Position numbers and translations under genes: made by a program | Notes under the pieces: model-generated | The model's input: only the letters and a program-made list of their open reading frames with translations | The model's database searches: none | What the model was told of the DNA's origin: nothing | Source: Mustelus asterias | Lineage: Eukaryota | DNA: 64,000 bases | Reading direction: 5' to 3' | NCBI RefSeq assembly: GCF_964213995.1 | Contig: NW_027590476.1 | Span: 124,001 to 188,000, forward strand | In this document: positions 24,547 to 36,726 of the stretch, piece after piece | Layout of the letters: each line of letters starts with the position of its first letter | Numbering within the stretch: the first letter of the stretch is position 1

Positions 24547-25575
24547 ATGGCTGGTATGAGTGGGAGGCCAGTATACTGCATTCGGTGTGGGATGTGGGAG
24601 TTCCTGGAGACAACTTGCCTCCCGGAAGTCCATATCTGTGCCAGATGCGTGGAACTGCAACTCCTGAAGGATCGTGTAAGGGAGCTGGAGCTGAGGCTCG
24701 ATGAACTCAGTTTAGTTAGGGAAAATGAGAGATTAATAGATAAAAGTTATAGTCAGGTAGTGACACCAGGGTCTCGGAAGGAAGACACGTGGGTCACAGT
24801 TAGGAGGGGTAATAGTCAGAAGGGTGATGTGCCAGAAAGTACCCCAGTGGCAGTCTCCCATAAAAGAAAGGGATGGGCAACAGATGGGATAAGGGAGGGG
24901 AGTGAGCAGTCTGTGGAGGGATCCCCTGTGGTTGTCCCCCTCCAAAATAGGTATATTGTTTTGGATTCTGTGGAGGGGGATGACCCTCCAGGGGTAAGCC
25001 ACGAGGACCAGATAGCCTCCACGGAGACAGGCTCAGGGGTCCGGAAGGGAAAGAAGGGGTTTAGGAGAGCAATAGTTGTGGGGGACGCAATGGTTAGAGG
25101 CGCGGACAGGCGCTTCTGTGGGAGTGAACGAGAATCCAGGATGGTAGTCTGCCTCCCTGGTGCCGGGGTACTGGATGTCTCCGAGAGGGTAGGAAGCATA
25201 TTCAAAAAGGAAGGTAGTCAAACGGATGTGATTGTACACATTGGTGAAAATGATGTAGGTAGGAAGAGCAGGGGGGTCATACGAGAGAAATTCAGGGAGT
25301 TGGGTGCTAGGCTAAAAAGTAAGGCCTCCAGGGTAGCAATCCCTGGACTGCTCCCGGTGTATAGTGCAAGTGAGGCTCGGAACAGGGAGATTCTACAGGT
25401 GAACGCGTGGCTAAAGGACTGGTGCAAGAGGGAGGGTTTTAAATTCATAGATAACTGGGAAATCTTCAAGTCAGGATGGCAACTGTACAGAAAGGATGGG
25501 TTACACCTCAACTGGAAGGGAGCAAATATCCTGGCTGGGAGTTTTGCGAGAGTGTTTTGGCAGGATTTAAACTAG
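24547..25575 (+). CDS. CR1 ORF1 protein (zinc finger/leucine zipper + SGNH esterase domain)
   Basis: CIRCGMW..HICARC, heptad leucines, [23 protein letters not shown] motifs; open frame. Confidence 0.88.
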   Translation: MAGMSGRPVYCIRCGMWEFLETTCLPEVHICARCVELQLLKDRVRELELRLDELSLVRENERLIDKSYSQVVTPGSRKEDTWVTVRRGNSQKGDVPESTPVAVSHKRKGWATDGIREGSEQSVEGSPVVVPLQNRYIVLDSVEGDDPPGVSHEDQIASTETGSGVRKGKKGFRRAIVVGDAMVRGADRRFCGSERESRMVVCLPGAGVLDVSERVGSIFKKEGSQTDVIVHIGENDVGRKSRGVIREKFRELGARLKSKASRVAIPGLLPVYSASEARNREILQVNAWLKDWCKREGFKFIDNWEIFKSGWQLYRKDGLHLNWKGANILAGSFARVFWQDLN

Positions 25576-28500
25576 TGTGGCAGGGGGGTGGGGAACAAAA
25601 CAGTAGGTCAGTAAATACTGAGCCTGGGGTTGAGCTGGGGGCCAGGGCAAGGCTAGCTAAGAAGAGGAGCACTCTGGAGGAGGATGACCTGACTGGGCCT
25701 GGAGGTCTGGAGTGCATCTGCTTCAATGCAAGGAGCGTAACGGGTAAAACAGACGAACTTAGGGCCTTAATGCTTATGCGGAATTTGGATGTGGTTGCGG
25801 TGACGGAAATTTGGTTAAAAGGACAGGACTGGCAGCTGAATATTCCGGGGTATAAGTGTTTTAGGCGAGACAGAGGAGGGGCTAAAAAAGGTGGGGGAGT
25901 AGCGATATTAGTTAAGGAGCATATTACCGCGGTGCAGAGGGTAGACAACTTAGAGGGGTCATGTACTGAGTCGCTGTGGGTGGAACTCAGAAACAGGAAG
26001 GGTGCAGTCACTATGCTGGGGGTGTACTACAGACCACCCAACAGCCCACGAGAAGTGGAGGAAAGGATATGTCAGGAGATTCTGGATAGGTGCAGAAAAA
26101 ATAGGGTTGTTGTAGTGGGGGACTTTAATTTCCCTGGCACAGACTGGAAAGTGCTTAGAGCTGGGAGTCCGGACGGGGAGGAATTTGTAAAATGCGTACT
26201 GGAAGGTTCTTTGAAACAGTATGGAGATAGCCCGACTAGAGAGGGGGCTATACTGGACCTAGTTCTGGGAAATAAGCCCGGTCAGGTCGTCAAAGTTTCG
26301 ATAGGGGAACATGTGGCAAATAGTGACCACAACTCTGTTAACCTTAGGATAGTAATGGACAAGGATGAGTGCTGTCCTATGGGCAGGGTGCTAAATTGGG
26401 GGAAGGCTAACTATAGCCGGATTAGGCAGGAATTGGTGGATGTTGATTGGGAGAGGATGTTCGAGGGTAAGTCCGCGTCTGGCATGTGGGAGTCTTTTAA
26501 GGAACTCTTGAGAAGGCTGCAGGATAGGCATGTGCCTGTAAAAAGGAAAGATAGGAAAGGTAGGATTCGAGAGCCTTGGATAACCAGGGAAATTGAGGAT
26601 CTGATTAAAATGAAAAGGGAGGCGTACATTAAGTCCAGGCAAAAGAAAACAGATGGAGCTCTGGAGGAAGACAGAGAGAGTAGGAAAGAACTCAAACGGG
26701 GAGTTAGAAGGGCAAAAAGAGGTCACGAGATGTTCTTGGCAGGCAGGATCAAGGAGAATCCTAAGGCATTCTATTCATACGTTAGGAACAAAAGAGTTGT
26801 CAGGGAGAAAATCGGACCTCTCAGGGACAAAGGAGGGGAATTATGCTTAGAACCCAAGGGAATAGGGGAGATCCTAAATGAATACTTTGCATCGGTATTC
26901 ACGAAGGAGTGGGGCGTGTTAACCGGGAGTATCTCGGAGGGAGGTGTTGACCCGTTAGAGAAAATCTCCATTACAAGAGAGGAAGTGTTAGGTTTTTTAG
27001 GGAACATTAAAACTGACAAAGCCCCAGGGCCTGATGGCATCTCTCCTCGACTGCTCAGGGAGACGAGAGATGAAATTGCTGGGCCTCTGACGGAAATCTT
27101 TGTCGCTTCTTTGGACACGGGTGAGGTCCCTGAGGATTGGAGGATAGCGAATGTGGTCCCGTTGTTTAAGAAGGGTAGCAGGGATAACCCAGGAAATTAT
27201 AGGCCGGTGAGCTTGACGTCCGTGGTAGGGAAGTTGTTGGAGAGGATTCTTAGAGACAGGATGTATGTGCATTTAGAACGGAATAATCTCATTAGTGACA
27301 GACAGCATGGTTTTGTAAGAGGGAGGTCATGCCGTACAAATTTGGTGGAGTTTTTTGAGGAAGTGACAAAAACGGTTGATGAAGGAAGGGCCGTGGATGT
27401 CGTCTATATGGATTTCAGTAAGGCATTTGACAAAGTCCCACATGGCAGGTTGGTTAAGAAGGTTAAGGCTCATGGGATACAAGGAGAAGTGGCTAGATGG
27501 GTGGAGAACTGGCTTGGCCATAGGAGACAGAGGGTAGTGGTCGAAGGGTCTTTTTCCGGCTGGAGGTCTGTGACCAGTGGTGCTCCGCAGGGCTCTGTAC
27601 TGGGACCTCTGCTATTTGTAATATATATAAATGATTTGGAAGAAGGTGTAACGGTGTAATCAGCAAGTTTGCGGATGACACGAAGATGGCTGGACTTGCG
27701 GATAGCGAAGAGCATTGTCGGGCAATACAGCAGGATATAGATAGGCTGGAAAATTGGGCGGAGAGGTGGCAGATGGAATTTAATCCGGATAAATGCGAAG
27801 TGATGCATTTTGGAAGAAATAATGTAGGGAGGAGTTATACAATAAATGGCAGAGTCATCAGGAGTATAGAAACACAGAGGGACCTAAGTGTGCAAGTCCA
27901 CAAATCCTTGAAGGTGGCAACACAGGTGGAGAAGGTGGTGAAGAAGGCATATGGTATGCTTGCCTTTATAGGACAGAGTATAGAGTATAAAAGCTGGAGT
28001 CTGATGATGCAGCTGTATAGAACGCTGGTTAGGCCACATTTGGAGTACTGCGTCCAGTTCTGGTCGCCGCACTACCAGAAGGACATGGAGGCGTTAGAGA
28101 GAGTGCAGAGAAAGTTTACCAGGATGTTGCCTGGTATGGATGTATACAGCAACATCATGCTGAGCAGAGCATATAAAAACTGCATTCATCGTGGACCCAA
28201 ATGTATGGATTTCATTTTTGATGAGACTTTGTAGAAATGGAATTGTTATTTTTAATTTTGGAGGAGGAGAGATTGGGGAAACTGGGGTTGTTCTTCCTGG
28301 AAAGACGGAGAATGAGGGGAGATCTAATAGAGGTGTACAAGATTATGAAGGGGATAGATAGGATGAACGGTGGGAAGCTTTTTCCCAGATCAGAAGTGAC
28401 GTTCACGAGGGGTCACGGGCTCAAGGTGAGAGGGGCGAAGTATAACTCAGATATTAGAGGGATGTTTTTTACACAGAGGGTGCTGGGGGCCTGGAATGCG

Positions 28501-28605
28501 TTGCCAAGTAGGGTGGTGGAGGCAGGCACGCTGACATCGTTTAAGACTTACCTGGATAGACACATGAGCAGCCTGGGAATGGAGGGATACAAACGATTGG
28601 TCTAG
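25476..28605 (+). pseudogene. CR1 ORF2 (AP endonuclease + reverse transcriptase), frameshifted
   Basis: FNARS, VTEIW, YRPP, GDFN, SDH; RT motifs. The frame breaks just before KFADD and again at the insert. Confidence 0.9.
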
Positions 28606-28690
28606 TTGGACCAAGGAGTGGCACAGGCTTGGAGGGCCGAAGGGCCTGTTTCCTGTGCTGTACTGTTCTTTGTTCTTCATTCTTTGTTTG

Positions 28691-29510
28691 TGTCTCAGCA
28701 GACTAGATAATTGAGTGAATCCCTTCCCACACTCGGAGCAGATGAATGGCCTCGGCCCAGTGTGAATGCGTTGGTGTGTCAGCGGGAGGGATGAGTGAGT
28801 GAATCCCTTCCCACACTCTGAGCAGGGGAACAGTCCCTCACCCGTGTGAAATCGCTGGTGGTTCTGCAGGGTAGATGACTGAGTGAATCCCTTTCCACAC
28901 ACACAACAGGTGAATGGTCTCTCCCCATTGTGAACCCGCTGGTGTGTCAGCAGGGCAGACGAATCGCTGAATTTCTTCCCACACTCAGAGCAGGTGAATG
29001 GCCTCTCCCTGATGTGAAGTCGCTGGTGATTCCTCAGGGTGGATGAATCACGAAATCCCCTTCCAAACTCAGAGCAGGTGAACGGTGTCTCCACAGTGTG
29101 GCTGCATCGAAGGGTTTCCAGCTTCGAGGGACAATTGAATCCCTTCCCACAGTCCCTACATTTCCATGGTCTGAGTGTCTTTGTACATCTCCAGGTTCAG
29201 ATGAAGGTTTGACCTCACAGATAACACAGACATGGTCTCTCCTCACTGTGAATCCTTCAATCTTTTCCAGGCTGTGTAACTGGTTAAAGCTCTTTCCACA
29301 GTCAGTTCACTGGAATACTCTCACTCGAGTGGATGTGTCTCAGTGATTTTCCAGTCACACTGATGTTTAAACAGTTTGAAGGAACAAACATTTCCCATTC
29401 TAGTTTCAAATGCCGATGGTATTCAGATCCTGAATAATTGGGTGACTCTGTCAGATCCTAACGTCATGTTTGTTGAGATTTGTGTCTGTAAATTCTCCCC
29501 TTCTAATAGC
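28691..29510 (-). pseudogene. C2H2 zinc-finger gene B, frameshifted and 3'-truncated at the CR1 tail
   Basis: Fingers in ORF 28447..29094 run into CR1 antisense sequence; finger 1 is out of frame; paralogous acceptor at ~29511; first-exon donor at ~30749. Confidence 0.85.
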
Positions 29511-30201
29511 CTGTGAAAGAAATTCACAAAAATCATTGCTGTCAGTACAGGATAAAAACTCAGAACAGACAATTCTAGTTTCTGTGGAACATTCTTTCCT
29601 CTCATTCTTGAAAATTTGTAAATCTCCATCCCAAACACTCTCCCTCCATTCTCACTTTGCTGGACCTGAAATAGACATTGTCCTGAGGGTGCTGATTCAT
29701 CCTAATCGACAGATCCGTGCTGACTGTTTCATGTACAGGACACATATTCCTGAAATCTTCACACAGGCTTGTGTCTAAGCAGATAAAAAAATTGCATATT
29801 TAGTGGACTAAAAATGTATGCAATATTCAGCACTCTATTACATGATTAGAGATACAGATGGGTGTGGAAGAACTTGACTTAGGGAGCAAGCAATCATGTT
29901 CTGGAACTCACTGACGATGAGAGTGGTGGAAGTGGAGACGACCAGTGATTTCAAAATAAAATTGGTCGGGCACTTGAAGGAATGAAACGTACTGGGGAAC
30001 AGGGATATCGAGGAAAAATGGAACTGAGTGGATTCCCCGACAGAGACTTGGCACGGACTCAAGCTGCTGAATTGATTTATCTTGTGCTCTGCTGACTCTT
30101 TGACTGGAAAATATACAGAGTAGTTACAATACTATTCTGGAATTAAACAACATCAACTGTAATACAAATCCATAAATAACATACCCATTATGCACCATAT
30201 A

Positions 30202-30402
30202 GTAAGAAGTCTCACAACACCAGGTTAAAGTCCAATAGGTTTATTTGGAATCACAAGCTTTCAGAGCGCTGCCCCTTCATCAGGTGAGAAGGGGCAGCGC
30301 TCTGAAAGCTCATGATTCCAAATAAACCCGTTGGACTTTAACCAGGTGTAGTGAGACTTCTTACTGTGCCCACCCCAGTCCAACACCGGCATCTCCACAT
30401 CA
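30202..30402. mobile_element. Miniature fold-back PLE terminus (201 bp) with hammerhead motif
   Basis: Inverted PLE ends, tail, and 13-bp TSD TATGCACCATATA at 30189-30201 and 30403-30415. Confidence 0.88.
30251..30287 (-). ncRNA. Minimal hammerhead ribozyme motif with canonical CUGAUGA
   Basis: Minus strand: TCAC-CTGATGA-A-GGGGC-agc-GCTCT-GAAA-GC-TT-GTGA. Confidence 0.75.
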
Positions 30403-30774
30403 TATGCACCATATAACAACACCAGACATATCAATGTTGTTACGATCCTCATGGTCACCTTATAATAAACAAATTCCCACAAATCCCAATCGAATAAACA
30501 AAGACAATGTTTCATTTTTAAAAAATTTTACTTTAAAAATTAATCTAAAATTAACATCACTGAATCATGCATTAAGAAACAGTATTTGAATAGACAAGAT
30601 AAATTACACTTTAAAAAGCTCAGACAATAAAAACAGGTTCCACAAAATCACAAACATTTCCCCCTCAGTATATTTGGCTCTAATTCCAGTTCCAGAGAAT
30701 TTCTCTGTCTCTGTATTTCCCAGGGGGAGAAAGAAAGTGTTTTCCTCACGGATGTTGTCCAGAGGATGAGGTTG

Positions 30775-30865
30775 GAGTCTGTGTGTGAAGTTTGAGTCTG
30801 TGGTGAAGTTTGAGTCTGTGTGTGAAGTTTGAGTCTGTGTGTGAAGTTTGAGTCTGTGGTGAAGC
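30775..30865. repeat. Short tandem repeat (18-19 bp, GAGTCTGTGTGTGAAGTTT) x5 in the putative first exon of ZNF B
   Basis: Direct repetition. Confidence 0.85.
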
Positions 30866-30976
30866 TACAAACAGAAGCTGTTCTGTTTCAAATCAAACTG
30901 CGGGACTGGGAAGAAAATGATGGGAAGAGATTTTGCAAAGTCCCCTCCCCCACTCCCTCAGCTGGCAGCCCAGCAC

Positions 30977-31138
30977 GCAGGCGCAGAGAGCGCTGCTGAG
31001 CCCAGCTGTCCGGAGCAGGCGCAGAGAGCGCTGCTGAGCCGAGCTGTCCGGAGCAGGCGCAGAGAGCGCTGCTGAGCCGAGCTGTCCGGAGCAGGCGCAG
31101 AGAGCGCTGCTGAGCCGAGCTGTCCGGAGCAGGCGCAG
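30977..31138. repeat. 38-bp GC-rich tandem repeat x4.3 between the divergent ZNF genes B and C
   Basis: GCAGGCGCAGAGAGCGCTGCTGAGCCGAGCTGTCCGGA at 30977, 31015, 31053 and 31091, partial at 31129. Confidence 0.95.
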
Positions 31139-31139
31139 T

Positions 31140-31465
31140 GCGGCTGCCGCCAGCGGTCCGCTCTCGATCTCTTTTTGGAGCAGCAGCCGCCGCAGAGAGA
31201 GGGGGGAGGGGGAGATCACCGAGCGGCTTCTCGCTCTGGCCGGAGCCGCCAGCCGGTTGCCTGGAAACCGTGGGTGGAGGAGGTGCAGGGGGAGGGGAAC
31301 AATGGGTGGGGGCGGGGCTCCCGGGTCCGCGAGCCGGGCCTGCGCCATGGAACCCCCACACGTCACTGCGGAGCCGAGTAATTCCTATTGGCTGACTCAG
31401 GCAGCGCTCCATTGTGACGTCTCAATGCGGAAGTTGGCCACTGAGCTTCAGATTAAAGCTTCCAC
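31140..31465 (+). promoter_or_regulatory. Shared ZNF promoter module (GC box, CRE-like, CCAAT, ETS)
   Basis: GGGGCGGGG, ACGTCA/TGACGT, ATTGG, GCGGAAGT; reverse-complement homologues at 46945-47165 and 41780-41915. Confidence 0.7.
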
Positions 31466-31689
31466 TTGGATTTGAAAAGACTTCGGCCATCAGTGAGTGG
31501 AAAAGCAGCAACACCCTGCCACACCCGAGTGAGAGTGTTCCAGTGCACTGACTAAAGAGCTTTAACCAGTTACACAGCCTGAATAAATATCACACCATTC
31601 ACAGCGGGGAGACACTGTACACGTGTTCTGTGTGTGGACAAGGCTTCAACTGATTGGCCACCCAAGAGAGAGGCAAGGACACCTGCACC

Positions 31690-32676
31690 ATGGAGAAACC
31701 ATGGAAATGTGCGGACTGTGGGAAGAGATACAGAGCCCCCTCTCTGCTGGATGCTCATCGGCGCAGCCACACTGGAGAGAGGCCATTCATCTGCTCTCAG
31801 TGTGGGGAGGGATTCGCTCTGTTGCCCAGCCTGCAGTCACACAAGCGAGTTCACACTGGAGAGAGACCATTCACCTGCTCTCAGTGTGGAAAGGGATTCA
31901 CTGTGTTATCCACTTTGCAGAGACACCAGCGAATTCACACTGGGGAGAGGCTGTTTATCTGCTCTCGGTGTAGGAAGGGATTCAACCAGTTATCCAATCT
32001 ATGGACACACATGCGAATTCATACTGGGGAGAGGCCATTCATCTGCTCTCGTTGTGGGAAGAGATTCACTCGGTCATCCGACCTGCGGACACATCAGCAC
32101 GTTCACACCGGGGAGAGGCCATTCACCTGCTCTCAGTGTGGGAAGGGATTCACTCGGTCACCCGACCTACAGAGACACCAGCGAGTTCACACTGGGGAGA
32201 GACCGTTCACCTGCTCTCAGTGTGGGAAGAGATTCACTCGGTCATCCGAGCTGCGGACACACCAGCGAGTTCACACTGGGGAAAGGCTGTTCACCTGCTC
32301 TCAGTGTGGGAAGAGATTCATTCGGTCATCCGACCTGCGGAGACACCATCGAGTTCACACTGGGGAGAGACCATTTACCTGCTCTCAGTGTGGGAAGGGT
32401 TTCAGTCAGTTATCCACCCAGCAGAAACACCAGCGAGTTCACACTGGAGAGAGGCCGTTCACCTGCTCTCAGTGTGGGAAGAGATTCACTCAGTCATCCC
32501 ACCTGCAGAGACACCAGCAAGTTCACACTGGGGAGAGGCCATTTACCTGCTCTCAGTGTAGGAAGGGTTTCAGTCAGTTGTCCAACCTGCAGAGACACCA
32601 GCAAATTCACATGGGGAGAGACCATTCACCTGCTCTCAGTGTGGGAAGGAATTCACTCAGTTATCCCACCTGCTGA
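31690..32676 (+). CDS. C2H2 zinc-finger gene C, 11 fingers, C-terminal frameshift
   Basis: MEKPWKC start, 11 CxxC..HxxxH repeats with TGERP linkers. A 1-nt deletion at ~32611 puts two further degenerate fingers out of frame. Confidence 0.85.
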   Translation: MEKPWKCADCGKRYRAPSLLDAHRRSHTGERPFICSQCGEGFALLPSLQSHKRVHTGERPFTCSQCGKGFTVLSTLQRHQRIHTGERLFICSRCRKGFNQLSNLWTHMRIHTGERPFICSRCGKRFTRSSDLRTHQHVHTGERPFTCSQCGKGFTRSPDLQRHQRVHTGERPFTCSQCGKRFTRSSELRTHQRVHTGERLFTCSQCGKRFIRSSDLRRHHRVHTGERPFTCSQCGKGFSQLSTQQKHQRVHTGERPFTCSQCGKRFTQSSHLQRHQQVHTGERPFTCSQCRKGFSQLSNLQRHQQIHMGRDHSPALSVGRNSLSYPTC

Positions 32677-33562
32677 GACATCAGTGAGGTTACACTGGGG
32701 AGAAACTGTTCACCTGCTCAGTGTATAAAAAGGGTTCAGAATTTCATCACAGCTGCTGAGGCACCAACAAGTTCACAGGGGTTGGATTCTGCTGTTATTG
32801 TTTCTGCTCTCAGTTACATCCAGGACTGCATTTTGTTCATTCTCACAGTTAGTCAATGGGGAGGGTCGGAGGGTTTCTTTCTGGCCGGTCTCACAACTTT
32901 GCCTCCAGTGAGCTGATGCTCTTTGAGTCTTGTTGCGAATACCTTGTTTTAAATTTCACAAGGATCACAGAGTGACAGGGTGTGAGGAAATTCAGAGATA
33001 TTTAGTCAGCATTTCTGTTTGAATCTCCCCCAGATGCCCATCCAATTTCCTTTGTAATTGTTTATTGTCTCCACTTCCTCCACCCTCGTAGGCAGCGAGT
33101 TCCAGGTCATTACCATTCACTGCATCAAAATATTCTTCCTCACATCCCTCCCTACATCTCTGACCTGAAACTTTTAATCTGTGTCCCCCTCGTACTTGTC
33201 CCATCAGCTAATGGGATCAGCTTTTCTTTGTCCACCTTATCTAAACCTGTCAGAATCTTGTCCACCTCTATCAAATCTCACCTCAACCTCCTTTGCTCCA
33301 AGGGAAACAACCCCAGCCTGACATTGACAATAAAGAACAAACTAACAGAAATATGTTAATACCTGAAACCAAAAGGGAATGTTTCATATCTGTTTTAAAG
33401 ATATTGTGAATATATTGTCCTGGACAATAAAGGGATTGGAATAACTCACCTTGGGTGTGGTTGAATGGAATATATCAATCTGGTATCCACCTACATTCTC
33501 CCTCCCTAACAGCACTGTGGGTGTACTGACACCTGAGACATTGTAACAGTTCAAGAAGGCAG

Positions 33563-34222
33563 TGTTGGGGTTGACCACGGCCGAGGCAGCTACATACAGC
33601 CACGTATTCTGTTATAATTGAAGGACTGCAGAAGGACATGGAGGCTTTGGAGAGAGTACAGAGGAGGTTTACCAGGATGTTGCCTGGTATGGAGGGGCTT
33701 AGTTATGAGGAGAGATTGGGTAAACTGGGGTTGTTCTCCCTGGAAAGACGGAGGATGAGGGGAGACTTAATAGAGGTGTATAAAATTATGAAAGGCATAG
33801 ATAGGGTGAACGGTGGGAAGCTTTTCCCCAGGTCGGTGGTGACGTTCACGAGGGGTCATAGGTTCAAGGTGAAGGGGGTGAGGTTTAACACAGATATCAG
33901 AAGGACATATTTTACACATAGGGTGGTGGGGGCCTGGAATGCGCTGCCAGGCAAGGTGGTGGAGGCGGACACACTGGGAACGTTTAAGACTTATCTAGAC
34001 AGCCATATGAACGGAGTGGGAATGGAGGGATACAAAAGGATGGTCTAGTTTGGACCAGGGAGCGGCGCGGGCTTGGAGGGCCGAAGGGCCTGTTCCTGTG
34101 CTGTATTGTTCTTTGTTCTTGAATGTGAGGCATTATGGGACTGGACTATCTTGACCACATTCCTGTGACTGCTCAGTTTCTGCAATCACGGACCATTAAA
34201 GCTGCTCAGCAGGGCCCCGACA
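33563..34222 (+). mobile_element. Possible short LTR interrupted by a CR1 fragment
   Basis: TGTTGGGG...CCCCGACA terminal inverted repeat and ATTAAA near the end; no TSD found. Confidence 0.35.
33629..34120 (+). mobile_element. CR1 3' fragment
   Basis: ALERVQRRFTRMLPG..FTHRVV; same subfamily as the 24093-28690 element. Confidence 0.92.
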
Positions 34223-34624
34223 GAGGACCTGGTGAGAATATTTACTCAGAATGAGTTAGAATTAAACTTATTCCAGGACTGGCTGGTGTTCAGCGGCTGA
34301 GATACCTGAATCTGTGAACAGGAGGTCTGACCAATCAACAAACAGTGGCAGATAGTTGGTTAAGAAGTTAAAAAGCGTTCTCAGGCATTGTTTAAATTAT
34401 TTTATCCCAAATTTGTGATAAGAACTGTGAGGGACATGTGACCCGTTAGTCGGTGCAGTAACGGTATACTCCAAATAGCACTGGACTGAAAAGCAGATCT
34501 CTGAGAGTAGATTCTAATGGTTATAAACTGACCCAAGCATGGCCAGTGAAAAAATCAGAGCTCGAGTGGGGACCGGACAGGTCTCTTACCTGCTATTTGG
34601 AAACTAAGAACAAGGAACTTATCG

Positions 34625-34810
34625 ATAAAATTATTAGAGAATAGAGCCAACGTTTCGAGTCTGGATGACACTTCATAACAGCTCTTATAAAGGGTCATCC
34701 ATACTTGAAACATTGGTTCTATTCTCTCTCCACAGATACTGTCAGACCTGCTGAGATCTTCCAGCATTTTCTGTTTTTGTTTCAGATTCCAGAATCCGCA
34801 GTTTTTCACT
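34625..34810. mobile_element. Degenerate fold-back terminus of a second PLE-like family
   Basis: Imperfect hairpin centred at ~34683 followed by CTCTCTCCACAGAT..ACCTGCTGAG..TCCAGCATTTTCTG; the same end occurs at ~35900-36030 and ~38600-38700. Confidence 0.55.
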
Positions 34811-36038
34811 TTTATGATAAATTGATTCATTCTGATTGGAATCCCCACGACCCTCCCTCAAAACAGAGTGATTGGTGGCAAAGGGAGAAAAAGGATAAGG
34901 ATGATAAAGTCTGGGTTCTGATTCTCCGAGTTCATGGAGAATCAACAAAATGAGTGAAGCAGTTAATAAAGAACAGAAGTTACCCATCCCTAACAAAACT
35001 GATCAAATAAAAATAATTAGGTTGTGGAATATAACAAAAAAATTAAGAGCTGAAGTTTACAATCGAGTTTGTTTTGATTTTTATACTTGCGTAAAGTGGG
35101 ATTATTGTGGGCCAATTTTTTTCTGCTCACTCCCCATCCCTTCAAGTTCTGTAGAAAAGTTAACCCTTTCAGCAGACAGTTCATTTCTTTTCAAATCATC
35201 TGAAAACTCGTGTCTATTTTAGTTTATAATTGAAGATTTATGGGAATTGGCTAAGATGGGCTTTTGACATTTTTAAAGTATAAGAAAGTGGTCTTGAGAA
35301 GGCAATTTGGTAGAGAGAGGTGGAGGGAGAGATGTTTACAGAGAGGTGTGGAGAGCTATTGGTTTTACAAGTTATCCACATTTTCAGAGCCATCACTTCA
35401 TGTCCTGGTCTGAGAGGGATGGAGAGAAGTCTGTTCAATTGTTAATGTTAAGCTTTCTCTATTAACTGTTAATCGATACTTTGCCTTTTATCGTTCTGAC
35501 TTGTTACATTTTTAATGGTTAATTAACTTTCTGAATTCACCATTTAAATTGTTCTGTCTAGCCACATGGTTAAGACACTGGAACCTGGTGTGATTTACGA
35601 TGAGGGAGGTTTTTGTAAACAAGAGAACCCCCATAAATCTTAGTTCAAATAAATCAAAGTTCTTACAAATGGAATGCAATCCTTTATTATGAGAGAAATT
35701 GACCACAGCAGTAAAGATGTTCTGCTTCAGTTATACAGGGCGTTGCTGAAACTGCATCTTGAACACTGGGTGCAGCTTTGTCTCCTGTTTAAGAAATGAT
35801 ACAAATGCATTCAGAGTGGTTCAGAGGAGGTTTAATAGATTGCTTCCCAATTCTTGACCCTCACAGGATAAAGTTTGTCCAATTTTCCTTGTCTTCACCT
35901 CTGACAAAGAGTAATCCTGACTCAAAATGTTGCCTCTATTCTCTCTTTACAGATGATTTCAGACTTGCTGAGATTGTCCAGCATTTTCTGTTTTTGTTTC
36001 AGATTCCAACAACAGCAGAATTTTGCCTTCATACCAAC

Positions 36039-36726
36039 TGTTGTTGGATAAGGGCATCAAAAATATCGGATGTGGAACGAGAATGTGGAACGCAACTGTT
36101 CTGGTGAAATTAAAATGATGGACACAAAATGGTTACCTGGCACACAAAATGGACTCTGGGAAGGGACATTAAAAGGCACTGGCTTTGGGCACAGACAGTT
36201 ACACAAAGAGTTAAAACCTGCAGTATCTGAATTGCTGCAGGAAGCTGGTCAGACCTGGGGCACTTTAAGACTTGAGATAAGAGCAGACCCAGAACAATGA
36301 GTTTGATAATAAGATCCGCCACTGATGGGGACATAAATGTAACGAGATCATCCACTGATGGAGACATAAATACATAAATGTATATATCAAAACCAGTCAT
36401 TGATAGAGGACATAACTGCATAAATGTATCCATTCTATGTATAATGATGTGTTAACTGTCCATGTCTGTACCTGTCTGCTTGGAACGATGTGTTAATTGT
36501 CGATGTCCGTATCTGCCAACCCAACTTGTAACGATGTGTTAACGGCTAATGTCTGTACTGTCTATTGTCTAAAAGGTACAAAGATGCTCAACTACCATTG
36601 TGTAGTTGAGAAGGTCGCTGCCAAGTACTGTGGAGTACCAGTGCTTTCTCCCAAAGCTTTGTCCGAAATAAAACTGTTTTGTTGAACCTCCAAGTCTGAC
36701 TCCGAAGTGGTAAATTTCCCACAACA
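36039..36726 (+). mobile_element. Solo LTR (688 bp)
   Basis: TGTTGT...ACAACA terminal inverted repeat, 4-bp TSD CAAC (36035-36038, 36727-36730), AATAAA at 36667, short internal direct repeats. Confidence 0.8.

Larger units (their letters stand above)
24093..28690 (+). mobile_element. Near full-length CR1 LINE (5' UTR, ORF1, disrupted ORF2, 3' tail)
   Basis: Duplicated 5'-UTR module (~24111 and ~24294), ORF1, APE+RT ORF2, frameshift at ~27655, foreign insert at 28141-28260, (GTTCTTT) tail. Confidence 0.93.

Noticed and set aside
31634-32728. Long overlapping alternative-frame ORFs in ZNF exons
   Set aside because: A known by-product of repeated finger codon usage; no independent evidence.
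34645-34715. Hammerhead motifs in the second PLE-like family (also ~35900, ~38600) and at 42100 and 61700
   Set aside because: Core boxes or stem II are mutated; not supportable as functional.
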